NCBI GenBank assembly: GCA_020536535.1
Contig: JAHLWZ010000721.1
Coordinates: forward strand, 1 to 64,000
Source of the DNA: Pelomyxa schiedti
Taxonomy: Eukaryota; Protista; Evosea
Direction: 5' to 3'
Length of the DNA stretch: 64,000 nucleotides
The notes under the pieces were generated by a model that was given only the letters and a program-made list of their open reading frames with translations, had not been told where the DNA came from and searched no databases. Positions within the stretch are counted from its first letter, which is position 1; each line of letters opens with the position of its first letter. Positions 1 through 12,758 of the stretch are shown here, in pieces. Made by a program: the position numbers and the translations under genes.

Positions 1-460
1 GTGCGAGAGAAGGTGATGGGGATGATAACGCAATTACAACAACTCTTGGGGCAGTTAGCTGTACTGATTAATGTGCACACACTGTTGCCAATCAGTTCAA
101 CCCAACAAGTGCCTGAAGTGTTTTTCACAGGAGAGAGCAGACCCCACACACAAGGTGCACAAAGTGCATGCACTATTGGTGCTTCCCCTCAACAGAGGAA
201 GAAGCCCCCTTCACCGACCTACCACCACCATCTCACTCTCAACAAGCAACTGGAAGCATCTTTCAGCTAGCTGAGGGTGTGCCTCAGTGGGCCTAGACAG
301 GATTCCAAAATGTCTACGTCAAAGTCTGTTTTTTCCCTTGGTTTGCGTTGCCCTCAGCCTTCCGCTTTTAGTCACCTACCAAAACAAGAATGTTGATTTT
401 CGACGAAAAAATGCTGGCGGGATTCGAAGCTATCAGATTTGAGTTTCTCATCAAAGCCAC

Positions 461-644
461 TTGGCTGAATAAAAAAAACACCAGACCGCCAGTGACACTG
501 GGTGATGACACGAAAACGCTGTCATTATTCTATCCAGCCAAATCACCAAACATGCATAGAATAATGACTTGATCAACAACTTGGCTGACTAAAATAATCA
601 ACAGACAGGAACGCTGTCATTTTCGTTATCGTCGCTCAGGATCG
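461..644. repeat. Dispersed short repeat with inverted-repeat ends, copy A
   Basis: 565-644 matches 19582-19660 (tgacttgatcaacaac..ggctga.taaaataatcaacagac.ggaacgctgt..ttttcgttatcgtcgctcaggatcg). 461-490 is the reverse complement of 19660-19689. 461-541 is bounded by ttggctg...cagccaa. Confidence 0.8.
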
Positions 645-779
645 ACACCGCCACTTGAAGAAGGCATTCACGTACTCCACCAGCAGGCTGTCATCCAGCT
701 CCAAATACGGGAATTACAGATGCTAACAGCTGTATTAAGACCGTACTTATTGGAACTGCAGAGACACTACACACCGACG

Positions 780-2248
780 ATGTCGTGGAAAGACGACGAA
801 CCTCCCGTTGTGAGCATACGCTCTACCACCGCCCCACCCACTCACTGCCTGTGGGCCCGCGACCAATTCCTGGCCCTCAGCGCGGCGGCCGTCCTCGGTC
901 GGTGCGGCGGCCGCGCATGCTGCCCCGCCCGCTGGCTCCCGTGCTCCCTCGCGGCCGACGCGATCGGCCGCCGCTGGGTCATGCAGAGGCACAGGGCCGT
1001 TTCGGTCAGACTGAGGCTGCAAAGCCTAGAGTATCGCCTAGACACGGCCTTCTGGATCGTGGTGCTCTCCGAGACCGGGGGCGCGCTGGACGTGGCGCCG
1101 TGGCGCGTGGGCGGCTACAGGCTGTGGCTGTCAGACACCATGGTCGCCGTCGGCGTCGAGCCGAATGGCTTTGGGGTNNNNNNNNNNNNNNNNNNNNNNN
1201 NNNNNNNNNNNNNNNNNNNNNNNNNNNNNNNNNNNNNNNNNNNNNNNNNNNNNNNNNNNNNNNNNNNNNNNNNNNNNTCGTGGTGCTCTCCGAGACCGGG
1301 GGCGCGCTGGACGTGGCGCCGTGGCGCGTGGGCGGCTACAGGCTGTGGCTGTCAGACACCATGGTCGCCGTCGGCGTCGAGCCGAATGGCTTTGGGGTCT
1401 TCCAGGGCGTCCAGGTGGTCGACTGCAGCGACCCTGGGGCGCCGGCGTGGGCGGGGCTCTCGGTGCCTGCCGGAAAGGACACGGCACTGTGTTGCAACAG
1501 CAAGTGGATACTGCGAGTGGGAGAGGCTCATCTGACAATTTGTGGCGTGGATGCAATTGCTGCCGCCGTTGCGCGTCGCCGGCCCGGCGGCACTGGCGAT
1601 GACGCCTGGCCCTCTGTGACTCTGGACATGCGCGACTTTGATGTGCCAAAGCCAAAGTCGATACTGTGGGTGAATTCCACCAGCACGGGGGACCTTGACG
1701 AGGTTGCTGTATGTTTGAACCAAGTGTCGGGGGGGGCCTTGTTGCTGTTTGTTGATATCAAGGAAAGCTATTCCAGTGGCACACTGTGCATCAAAGAACG
1801 TTTGCAGTGCTTCCGGACCACGAAAAAGATGCTGCACTCTGACACCCACAGGGCCATCGCTCTGATGTATCATGGAAAGGCCGCATCACCACTAACATAC
1901 GACCTCAGGAGCCTCGGCCCCAACTCGCACAAGGTTCTGAGGAAGTGCAAATCAACCCCACACAAGGTTGACTCACGGCACTTTGTTGAGGTCACAGACT
2001 GCAACCACAGGCTCGAGGTGTTCTCAACAGAAGATCTCGTGCACCCTTGCAACGTGATACACAACGAGACTAGGATTGGGTTCCAGTGTGGTTCTGGAAT
2101 CATTGCGTTCCTTGAGGATGACAGGTTCGTGATTGTTGATGCTGTCACTGGCTCTTTGGTTCTCAGTCAGCCTGTGCCCTTTGAGGTTGAAGCGGAGTCC
2201 TTCACTCTTAATTCTATTGGTGTCACTCATCATAGAACTCGCTTTTGA
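780..2248 (+). CDS. Hypothetical protein, apparently single exon, lineage-specific 'ARDQFLAL...RCG' N-terminal motif family
   Basis: ORF 720-1535 frame (ATG 780, MSWKDDEPP) joins the ORF 785-2248 frame once the N-gap 1178-1277 and its duplicated flank are removed. Confidence 0.7.
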
Positions 2249-2313
2249 AGCTGAGAGAAATGTTTTGGGCACAGTACTGAAAAAATGTTTCCTTCTTCTC
2301 AATTCAACGACTT

Positions 2314-3975
2314 TTACAGAAAATCAGAAGAGAGCAAAGTGATGTCCAGAACTCTAAGGGTGTCTATCCCCAGTGGGATCATGACGGGATGGTAAGAGTG
2401 CATACCTTCACTTGGATTGTTGGAATGAAAAAAGGAGCATAACATTACAAGGTGTGGGTGTAACAGTGGTAAATACTGTTTTGTGCAGTGAGTGTGGAAC
2501 AACGTTCATTTTACAGAAGCAGAACGCTTTGAGATCAGTGAGAGACTGGGAAAAATTGAGGGACACGTTTAATTTATTGTTACTTCACTGTTAATTACAA
2601 GAGGTGGAGGAGTGTAGTTGGAGGAATCTGGAGTGTCACTAGTTACAAGGCCTTTGTCAAATTCGACAGTGAGAGGGATTTCAGCAGGGGTCAGAGGTTT
2701 CTTGCAGATGTTGGCAAAGATGCTTTTGATTTCACTGAAGTACGTAATGCTGTATGTTGTCTGCATTCATGTCTGTCAGAGGCTTGTAAGGAATGTCTCA
2801 CATACAGAATTGATCAGTCCGCTTGTTGGGTCACAAAGTGAATGCAAGACTGCAAGAACGAAAGATTCTTCCCCAGTTATCAACCGCTATAAGGGAGGTA
2901 AGCTTGATATGGACCAACACAGCAGTTACATATATTCTGTGCAATGCTGGGCACACCCACGTCAGAGACACCACAAGAGGAAAGGGAGCAAGATACATGA
3001 GTGTGTTAATAGTGTCTGACTTGCGTTTCTGTTTCTTTTCTTCTCTGGGATTTATCCTATATATCTTCTTGAAGAAAAATCGTGTGACCTACTCTTTGTT
3101 AACATAAAAACCCTAGGAACAATACAAAACCAGAAAATACAAAAAAATGTTCACTCCGATGTAAAACCAGCACAGGGGATAGAAGTAGTAAAACGATGTA
3201 GGTCCCAAAATCCAACACCACGGTTCTATTCCTGTATCAAGTGAACTAAAACTAAGGTCGGCAGCATGCCAAGCCAAAATACAGACATTGGAACACACCT
3301 ACACACCCTCAGAACCATAACCAGCAGTAAAGAAAACTGCAATGCTGATAGCGAAGTTTGGTGTGGCCGCAATGGCCATCAAAAAGAATTCGTTCAGCCA
3401 CCATCTTGCCCTTGGGTCAGAGTGATGAACAACCATCATATACATTGCAAACGCAATCATCATTGGCCAAGCTATAGAAGTCAGGCACCCAGCCTTAAAG
3501 ACTGTTAAAAATGTCATCTTAGAAAAAAAAAAAAAAAAAAAAAAGAAAGAAAAAAGGCGTGCATTTTCCAGGAAGCCCATGGCCTGGCACCAGGGACCAA
3601 GATTCGTTTTCTTCAACAAGCTGCCCAGCTTGGCACAAGCAGGTACCAAGTCCCATGCGGCCAGCCACACAATCAACCGAGATTTGTACTGCCGTAGAAC
3701 AGGAGCTACAACACCAACATAAATACATTACGCTTGCTATATAAATAAATAGCCACAAGCACACAAATTATTCCCAGCGTGATGACAGTCGAGCAGGCAA
3801 TTACTGACAAAGTAGCACCCGTGATGGTCAACGCAATCAGGGTCTCAGTCTGCGACTCGGTGAAAAACCCCCCATCGACGCTGCTGCTGTTGAACGAAGA
3901 CGACGTTACGGGCTCCATTGACGCCAACCGTTCCAAAACATCACGCGCCGATTCGACCAGCGACGGTGGCGCCAT
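2314..3975 (-). CDS. 7TM GPCR-like protein, cAMP-receptor (CAR)/Git3-like; multi-exon, 3' end approximate
   Basis: Exons encode TM1 LIALTITGATLSVIACSTVITL, then CLTSIAWPMMIAFAMYMMVV, FAISIAVFFTAGYG and EPWCWILG...YYFYPLCWFYIGVNIFLY. The WCWI motif is typical of CAR-like receptors. Confidence 0.7.
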
Positions 3976-4165
3976 CACTATCCGACGAAAAGGTAGTCGA
4001 AATATAGATGGCAAAGGATCTTTTATGTTTTTAGGGGAAACACGTGTGTGTCTGATGTGTTGAGGTGATCGTTTATGTGACAAGAGATTGTGGTATCATC
4101 ATGTGCGCTGTACGGCGGGCTCGGCGACAACGACTTTGTAGTCTCCCTCCTCCAGAATGTGATTG

Positions 4166-7014
4166 CTAATGATGTCGTGGAGACCTGCCAGAGGGGAGTG
4201 GGAATGGAAGGGATTGTTTAGTGACCCACACAATCGGGATGATGAAAAGGAACTCACCGGCTAGTCTCTTGGTTACGTGTGCTGTGAGGTTTTTCATGTG
4301 CCCCATTTTCTCGAATGTCATTTGGAAGCCGGGCGTCATGGTCAGGCTGGACAGAAGCTCCACAGGGCCTTCAAGCTGTAATTTCATTTTTAGACAATAT
4401 GAATAGGGGGTGGGTGGATAACTTGAGTCTGATAGTCCTCAAACAGATTCTTGTGTCTGGGTACAATCTCAGAGGAGACTCGGGCGGCAATTGGGCCGGA
4501 AAACATGTAAAATGCAAATACATAAGACCAAGCAAGTGATCGTCGAGCCTACATAACGAGTTGGGAAGAGGATTTGAACTAAAAAGGGAGTTTCTTACAC
4601 GCATTACAACTGCATGAGCCTCGTCCAGAGTACCCGGGAAAATTGCTACACCTAACCCCACATTAGTAATACTACTGCTTCTGTGGTATCATACCCAGTC
4701 CCATATCATTCAGCTCCACCTTTGCTCTTTCAATTTGTTCCAGAAGCTTAGGTGCTATCTTGCGTGACTGGTCATGAGCAATAAACCTAGAAAACTGTGA
4801 GAGGTGAAAACGCGTGGCCTTAGCACAACCTCTCGTAATAAAACATGTATCTCTTCAACGCAGTTTCTGAGTTCGAAGCCTCTTTAGTAGCTTCTTCATA
4901 ACGACCGCAGGTGTGGCCTTCAATAGAGGTCCATGTATGAGCAAAACCAGTTGCTGCTCCACATAACTTTGTTCTCTCAGAGTAGACCCACGGGAGAAGG
5001 GAAAGATACCCAACAAAAGTACTGTCCACAACGGCACGTCATGAGATTACAGCCATCTCTCTTTCTATAGTGTTGTTTATTTCTTGAGAACAGGTAGGAA
5101 TTATACGCACTCTATGACATTTCCGCATTTGGGACAACTTTTAGTATTACTGGAGAGCCTAAGTTCGGGTTGGAAAATAGATGTGCTCAAATAGAGAGGT
5201 ACCAATGTGCAGTTTCACTGTCATCTTCACATTTTTTCTTCCAGAGAGCCACCATCTCGCAGCTTGCTGGTGAATGAACAGAACTCAAACACATGAAACA
5301 AAACTCAAGTCCACACTTAAGATAATTAGTGGTCATATGCTAATGCTGCGAGATATACATTACAGGTAACTTCAACAGAGACCTTATCATACGAACTGAT
5401 TTCAACTTAAGGGGATGAGGGGGATTCAAGTAATTGTAGTACATACTGCAGTTTCCACAAAATGGGATGGAGGGACACCACTTCACGTGTTTGTTATCTT
5501 CAACATAAGAATCCATCATTTTACGACTGTACTTTTCAAGAGTATCTCTATCAACAAACCTGACAAGAAAAAGATTACATATATAGTTTGTAGATTGGCA
5601 CATGTCATACGAAGCAATGTTAGAGTCGTCAAAAAGTGCATTGCAATTTTTTGCCATACAATACAAAGACTTAGCTTCACCATCCCTTATCTTAAAGGAT
5701 ATATAGCTCTAAAGGAATTCTGCCGTTACAATTATATACTAGTATTAAAAGGAATTAGAAACGCGTACGGCCCAGCAATTGTTGCAAAATCGGTGCCCAC
5801 ATGACAACTGCAATGTATCCTCTCCATCAACAGTGTCAAAACAGACGCTGCAAGTAAAGCTACCAGTATACATTGAATTGATAATTCCAGCAACCCCTGC
5901 TCGCTAAAATAAGTGTTAGTGGGGTAACACCTATGTAATATTTACTTACACGGTAAATATCCTCCTTTCCCATCTCAAAAAACTGAGTGAGAAGTTTCTC
6001 TAAAAGAGAGTGTTGAGCTAGGATCATTTTTTTTTTAAAGTGGAAACCTTTGTCCCATTTATAGTGGCGTAAAAGAGTTCGGGCAAATGCTTCACTGATT
6101 GATAGAACTTCGCGAACCTGGTTCAAGTTTTTCATTTGTGCATCCATCAGTGCCTTGGAGGACAGAACACGGTAGTGCACCACTAGGAAAACGAAAACGG
6201 ATACTTTTAGAACAAAACAGGGAAGCAAGTCCGTACTGTTTTTTTTCTCCTCTGTCTCATCTACCTCACAGTAAGCATCTTCAGTAGTCTTCANNNNNNN
6301 NNNNNNNNNNNNNNNNNNNNNNNNNNNNNNNNNNNNNNNNNNNNNNNNNNNNNNNNNNNNNNNNNNNNNNNNNNNNNNNNNNNNNNNNNNNNNTAGTGCA
6401 CCACTAGGAAAACGAAAACGGATACTTTTAGAACAAAACAGGGAAGCAAGTCCGTACTGTTTTTTTTCTCCTCTGTCTCATCTACCTCACAGTAAGCATC
6501 TTCAGTAGTCTTCACATGTTAGCTTGAAGTTAAGGCAAAACTTCTAAAGAAGATACCATTTCTACAAGTGAGTTAAAAAAAACCATACACACAACAGCAA
6601 AAGAAAGAAACACACCAATAAACCACAAGCACAAACACAAACACCGCACATCGCACATCGCACACTTGCAGCCGACGTCGCGCCCCTGCGTGTCCCGCCG
6701 CCCCCGCTGCTGCTTCTACTTCGGCTGCTCCTACTCGTGCTGCAACTCGTCGCCGCCGCCGCTGCTGCTGCGGAGGAGGAGCAACTCTTTGGTGCAGCCG
6801 TCGTTGTCGTCGTGGAGCCCCCGCTGCTGCGGCCTTTGTCCCCTCCTCGGGAATCTTGGCCCTCCTCCTCGACTTCTTCCCCACCGTCGTCGCTGCCGTC
6901 GCCTTCCTCTTCTTCGTAGTCGCCGTCTTGTGCACCGTCGTCGTCGTCGATTACGGCGTCGTCGTCCTCGTACGCTTCGTCGTCCGCTGCGCCATCTTCG
7001 TCGCTGTCCTGCAT
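4166..7014 (-). CDS. ARIH1: Ariadne-family RBR E3 ubiquitin ligase (multi-exon)
   Basis: Acidic N-terminus; UBA-like 'VLSISEAFARTLLRHYKWD'; RING1; IBR 'SYVEDNKHVKWCP...FCFMC..HSPASC'; RING2 'NTKSCPKC', 'HTCGRY'; Ariadne domain 'ALKRYMFYYER', 'QLEGPVELLS'. Confidence 0.9.
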
Positions 7015-7437
7015 GTTTGTGTTTAATTATGGGTTGTGGCTGGCGTGGGCGCGTAGTAGCAGTGCTTACCATGTCGTCGGTTGGTGGGCCCCGCCTGTTT
7101 AAAAAAATGAGTCAAATAACCCAATCAATCACATTTTCTTTCCAAGAATCTGTCATTGGCAGGCACCACTCCCCTGCGGCGCACGTGCCACTACGCTAAC
7201 CTACAATCCCCACAAAACCAAAAAAACCTCATACCTTCAGCTTCTTCCATGTATGCCTGGTTTCCTTTCTGTGATACCCTGCCCGCAACACACTGTGTAC
7301 GGTGTGGTATAAGCAAGGTACCTAGATCTTGGAAGCCGGACTGCCCTCAGCCGCGATCTGTCCGATGACCGTGCATTCTTGTTCTGTGCTGATTACACAG
7401 TGCAGCAGTTTTTATAGTTATCCTACACATCTCGAAA

Positions 7438-9936
7438 CTAACACTTACGCAGAGTTACGGAATCAGAGTGATGAGATAAAGGTTCAGAAAGAACAGGTAT
7501 TACTATGCTACTCATAGTGAACAAGAGACAGCCAAAGGATTTCCGGATTACGTTATTGGTGTAGAACATAGTGGAAGAAGTAGCTCCGTTTATATTATCC
7601 CCACTCCTTCTCATGTTCATTTCCTTAAATTAGAATCTGAAGGTGAAACGAAGCAACTGGAAATTAAACCGTATTGTCCAGCAAATAATATCAAACTTGC
7701 ATTGTTATGAACTTTACAACCAATGACAGTGATACGAACCACAAGAGTGAGAAATGGAACTAGCCTCTCTACTTCGAAGGTACTTTCCTCCCAACAAGGG
7801 AAATACTAATTCCTCCACAGGTAGTGTGATTTCCTTTGCCCAACAGTACTCCATCCACGGAGCTGTTTCACCTTTCCCTGCTGCTATCAACAAACGTAAT
7901 TTTAATGGTACTTTTGCCCTTGCTCCTTGGTACCAACTGGGCTCATCTTTCAACTTGTGACAGCTTTGCCTTTACCTCGGAAGAACACGGAAAGACTTTT
8001 GAACAAGAAAGAAGAAACTTTTTTTACTTTCCAACAAACTTTTCCTTTGCTTTTCCAAACAACACCACAAACAACCAAAGGGATTCGGGAGTTCAAGGTG
8101 GGGGCTTGAGTTCCACAGCCAACAGGCCAATTGAACATGCACGTCATCAGCTTCCAAGAGACTTCCAGGCTCAGTGAAGGTACCCTTGCTGCTTTGTTGA
8201 ATGGAGTCACACTTCCCTCCCAATGTGTTGGGGGCTGTTCCCCCGGCTCAGTGTCTCACACCACCGCTCCCATGTGACCCGGTATTGGCATCCCTTCCTG
8301 CTGCCCCGGTGTGGGAACCTCCCCATGGTCTGGGGGTGGAGGCACCGGCAGAGAGTTTAAAGTTACTGGATGCAGCAGCAAGAAGCGGCAGCCAATGATG
8401 GGTCAGGAGGGTGGTGCACCGGCCAATATTCTTCCAAGTTGTCTGTACTTATATACATCGCGAGTTTCGAAGGCGAGGGAAGTGTTTGCAGCAAAGGGTC
8501 TCCATCACTGAGCAACCGGAAGTCTCCCTCTGGATTCCCATTCCAGAGTTTGGTCACTCGATGTGTGCATGGTTCAAAAGGGTAGTCGGGTTTGTGGAAG
8601 GCAGCCCCCCGCTTGTTCCTGGATCCCGCATGGTGAGTAAATGATGTCAAATGGTTGGCTCTGGAGTGAGTTGTACTTGTTATTTTGGGTTGTTGGGGTT
8701 AAAATATTTTTCAATCCCGCAATTCTGCAAGGGATATCATACTCCGTACTGCAAGGATATAACGCTCCTTCTTCCGGAAATAAAAGCAGAGCATGGCACA
8801 TATAATAGAGCCTTCTCTCAACAGAACGGTGATATTCACAGTAATTCCCCAATAAAAAGGGACAGGGTGGTGCTGGCCAAACCACCACTTCCCTGCAGGC
8901 AGGCAAGAAGTAAACTCCCCCAGGGGCAGAATAATGCCTGTGTGATATGTTAGTTGCGAACATACCCGCAAGAGGATTGAAATACCTGAGGGAGTACTGC
9001 TAGACTCGAACACATCAGTCCCACTGGGAGGCAGAGAGCGGCACATTCACTCAAACAAATAAGTGCTCCCTGCCTCCCAATCTGCCGTGACCTAAAATGC
9101 AAGTCAGTTCCATCAATGACAAGAGTGAGTGTACCTTTGAGTACGGTTTTGACTGGGAACGTGGCTCGGTGCTGACCAGAGAGACCCGGCTGACTTGACT
9201 GCACGCAACAAATCAAATACATGTGACTGTGTGTGGATGCGCCTTGTGGGACCGCACTGTAAAAATGGGGTGCAACATGGTTTGTTGCTGATTGAGCTTA
9301 TTGTTGGCCAGCTTTTCTTCCCCGCTTGGTCCCACAATCACCGTTTATTACTCCCGCTCTCACACACCACTTCACTCGCGCATCCACACACTTCACCACC
9401 ACCAAAATCTCATTCATCTCAACCAATTTGCGGGTGGTTGTTGTTGGCAGAGGGGGCCCCATTTCGGTGGCTGGCTCTGGTCAGGATGACGTCTACATCG
9501 CCAAAAAGAGCGGCGATGCAAGTTGATGTCATGGCCTTCAGAACCAGCACACCCGTTGTCTTGTGGGGAATTTTTCATCTCTTTCCGGTAAGATGAAGGA
9601 CGATGAGGATGGTGAATGAGGGTGATGATGGACAGACATCCGTTGTTGTCCAAAACAAAACTTGTCCCCCGGCGGCCTGGCATGCGTTGGGTCATGATCC
9701 CGAATGCCAGAATGGTTGGTGATATAGCCAGCCCGTGCCGTCATGGTATTATGGGAGATCGCGGTGGTGGGTTGTCGTAGTCGACAATCACCCTCGTCCT
9801 CGTCCTCGTCGTCGTTGGGTGCCCCGTGCCTCGCCCCTCGGTGGGTGCCCCCGTGCCCCGTGCCCGTGCCTGCCATTGATGTTGCGCCCCGCGCCTCGTC
9901 GTACGACCCCGTGTACGATATTATCCGCGGCACCAC
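7438..9936 (-). CDS. Probable multi-exon hypothetical protein; structure unresolved
   Basis: A run of minus-strand ORF fragments (9538-9936, 8950-9222, 8574-8963, 8363-8650, 7714-7953) fills a 2.5 kb gap in a gene-dense genome and has a GC-rich 5' end. No recognised domain. Confidence 0.3.
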
Positions 9937-11017
9937 CAGAGGGGGTTTGTTGCGTGCTCAGCTGCATGAAAGTCCGACCCCCCGCAGTATCAGATCGTCG
10001 GCAACAAACAGATCCTGCGTGGAAGATCCAAGTCAGAAAAACCGAGAGTACAACGTGGAGGAAATGCATACTCGGCAAAGGCGGTTGCTTCCTCGGGGCG
10101 ATTCGCGGCGGAGAGCCTGCGTATCACCGTGTTAGCGCTGTTGGAAAACCAACAAAAAGAAACAGCGCGAATGCGTGGGGGAAAAAAAAAAAAAACGAAG
10201 GTGGGAAGTGTACCTACGACCATGTGCAGCAAGAAACGATGTCTAATTCGCGTGTCGGTATTGTAGGTCTCGCGTTACGCGTTGGTTGTTTTCAACAACA
10301 CAACACGACAACAACTGCTCCCCTTTGTTTTCATACGTTACTATGGAGACTGTCGCTGCGCTTTTGATAGTAGAGTAAATGCATTTTACTCATTTCCGCT
10401 GATTTCCAGGCAACACTGGCTTTTTGAGCTACTTCTGTGATTCCTAATCGCTTTCCCTATTTCTCATTAATGGGGAGTGCTTTATGGGTTTTTTTCCTTG
10501 TACATATTATGTGGACTCCCGTTACGAGGGAGGGAGAAGCCCATTGAGTTTCCTGTCACTTAGCGTGTATGAACGCAATCCTTTTGGAAACCATGGCAAT
10601 CAAACAATTAAAGCCATCAGTACAGGATTCTAACCACACTCCTTTTCTCAAGTCACAACAAAATGCATACTTGTGATAATGACTGCAGTTTGTATACAAT
10701 GACCAATAGTTTGGTACGAAACACTCACCTTCGAGATGTGCCCTGGGTACTTTCCCGTATTTATGCCTGTGGTCCAGAGGAAGTTCCGCGTGGGTTTCCA
10801 GGAACTTATTCCAGCCACACGCGGAACAATTGCTAAAAAAATGTAGATCCGAACTTTGCATTTCAAAGAAGGTGACTTTTTTTCTTGCCCGTGAGCCCCA
10901 AACCAAGGCCTTGGGGATTTGTTTGTTCCATTCCGTTTTAAGCTTCCCTCGAACAAACAAAACACAAACCACAACAATTCCTGTTCTGCTGGGAAAAACA
11001 AACACTCGCTCATCATC

Positions 11018-12654
11018 ATGAAGAACCTGCTCGTCACCACCTCGTGCTTTCTCCTGGCCGTCCTCGTCAGCGTCGCTGCACCCCACAATTCATTACCACC
11101 AAAGTCCCTCTCTGCCAACGTAGGTCCCCTGGACCTCGTTACTACGTGCACGGGCCACGCTGATCAAGAACCCCCTCCCCCAGTCTATTACGAACACAGG
11201 GGTTACAGGCCAGACTGGGACCAGTCATCAGATCCAAGCCTTCCTCAGTCCTACAGGGACCTCATGCTGTCTTACATGGAGACTTATGCTCAGCAGATTC
11301 TGGAAAATGCACCTCCGCACTGGGAGTATTTTTACGGGCCGTATGTGTATTATGGGGGCGCTGGTAGGTCTCTGGCATTTTTGAGGCTATATAAGTATTA
11401 TTCCAGTGTTGGAAGGTTGGATGATGCTGCCTCTGCTCTGGCAAATGCCGTGGAATATTCCAGATATGCTGTACAGAGGTGTGATCGCCCGAGTGAGGAC
11501 AACATTGCTTTCTTGAAGGGTCAACCGGGTGTTTATTCAGTAGCTGCTGTGGCTTATGATTTGAATGGGGACCATCAGAGTGCATTGGAATTGATTGACT
11601 CCGGAGTGAGGCAGGCCTTTTTGAATGTCACACTTTTATCTCCTCCCTTCTTTGACTTGGGAATTGCCGGTCTGCTGTATTGTGCAAGGTAAATTTAACA
11701 ATAAAAGGGGTTCAAAGGGAATATATGGTCATATATTTACTTAATACCCACATATTAGGTTCTTGGAGTCATATTTTGGACAAGTGATGATAGAAAGAGA
11801 ACTTATTGTTTCTGCTGCCAATACTTTGTATGAAATTGGTTTGGCAAATTCATCACCGGAAGGGGTCCTTCAGTACCCAGATGACTCTGGAATTGCTTAC
11901 ATTGGCCATGGAATGGGAGTGGCAGGTTTCTTCCTTACCTCTTCATCAAATCGTAACTTTTCACTGCAGGAATTCTCAGAGAACTCATGCTCATCCCTGA
12001 GATAACAGAAAATTCTGAAATTATGGAACATATTCACCTCACAGTAGACATGATTGTCGGTAGACAGGAACCCACCGGTCAAGTAATGGAAACCCAGTCA
12101 GAGTTCATTCCGCACCCTTACATCAAAGTACAATGGTGCCACGGGGCTCCAGGCCAGGTCATACCCACAATATAAAATAGCATCCTTCTCAAGGTCAACA
12201 ACCAGGTTCCCGTGTTTTCTCTAGCAGCAAAAACATTCCCGACAAATTCTACCCTCTACAATGAATGTGCCTACAATGCAGCCAATTTCACACTCCGGAA
12301 GGGTGCTCTTGTAAAAGGCATGTGCTTGTGTCATGGAACATCCGGAAATGTGTATATGCTTCTTGATCTCTACGCCCACACAAAAGACCCCCAGTGGCTC
12401 TACAACGCGAATACACTTCTCATGTTTGCATGTGAGACTCCCTCTATTCCCCTATTCTCCGCTTCTAACACTTCACACCAAAAGTGGATACACCGGAACT
12501 CACAAGTTGGTCTACAATGGTGGCCTGGGACTGTGTGCCCTACAGTGTATTTGTTGACAGTGTAGTTGCAGCAATGGCCACATTTGCAGACTTTTTGACA
12601 AACATTGATGCCCCTGAGAATTCTTCAATGCCGGCTTGGGGTTTGTCATGGTAA
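11018..12654 (+). CDS. LanC-like protein (LanCL/GCR2 family) with N-terminal signal peptide
   Basis: YYGGAG, FLKGQPG, DLGIAGLLY, VQWCHGAPG, KGMCLCHGTSGN, C-terminal PYSVF..F.DFL...P. N-terminus MKNLLVTTSCFLLAVLVSVAA. Confidence 0.88.
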
Positions 12655-12758
12655 AAAAAGCAAGTACCTTGTAACGGCAAAAAAAAATGCATGAGAGAAA
12701 CCAAATTTTGTTTTGTTGAAACTCTCTTGGCACTGCAAAAAGGGTACTTTGATTACAT

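Noticed and set aside
1-380. Partial gene at the window start
   Set aside because: Neither strand nor frame could be supported by a recognisable motif.
1057-1397. ~120-bp direct repeat flanking the N-run (same pattern at 6294-6393, 19964-20063 and 24351-24450)
   Set aside because: All four gaps are exactly 100 N with the same ~120 bp on both sides: unmerged contig overlaps, not biological repeats or target-site duplications.
10239-10840. 'MSNSRVGIVGLALR' resembling a ketosynthase N-terminus
   Set aside because: No further KS motifs follow and the space is too short. It may be a small unresolved gene.
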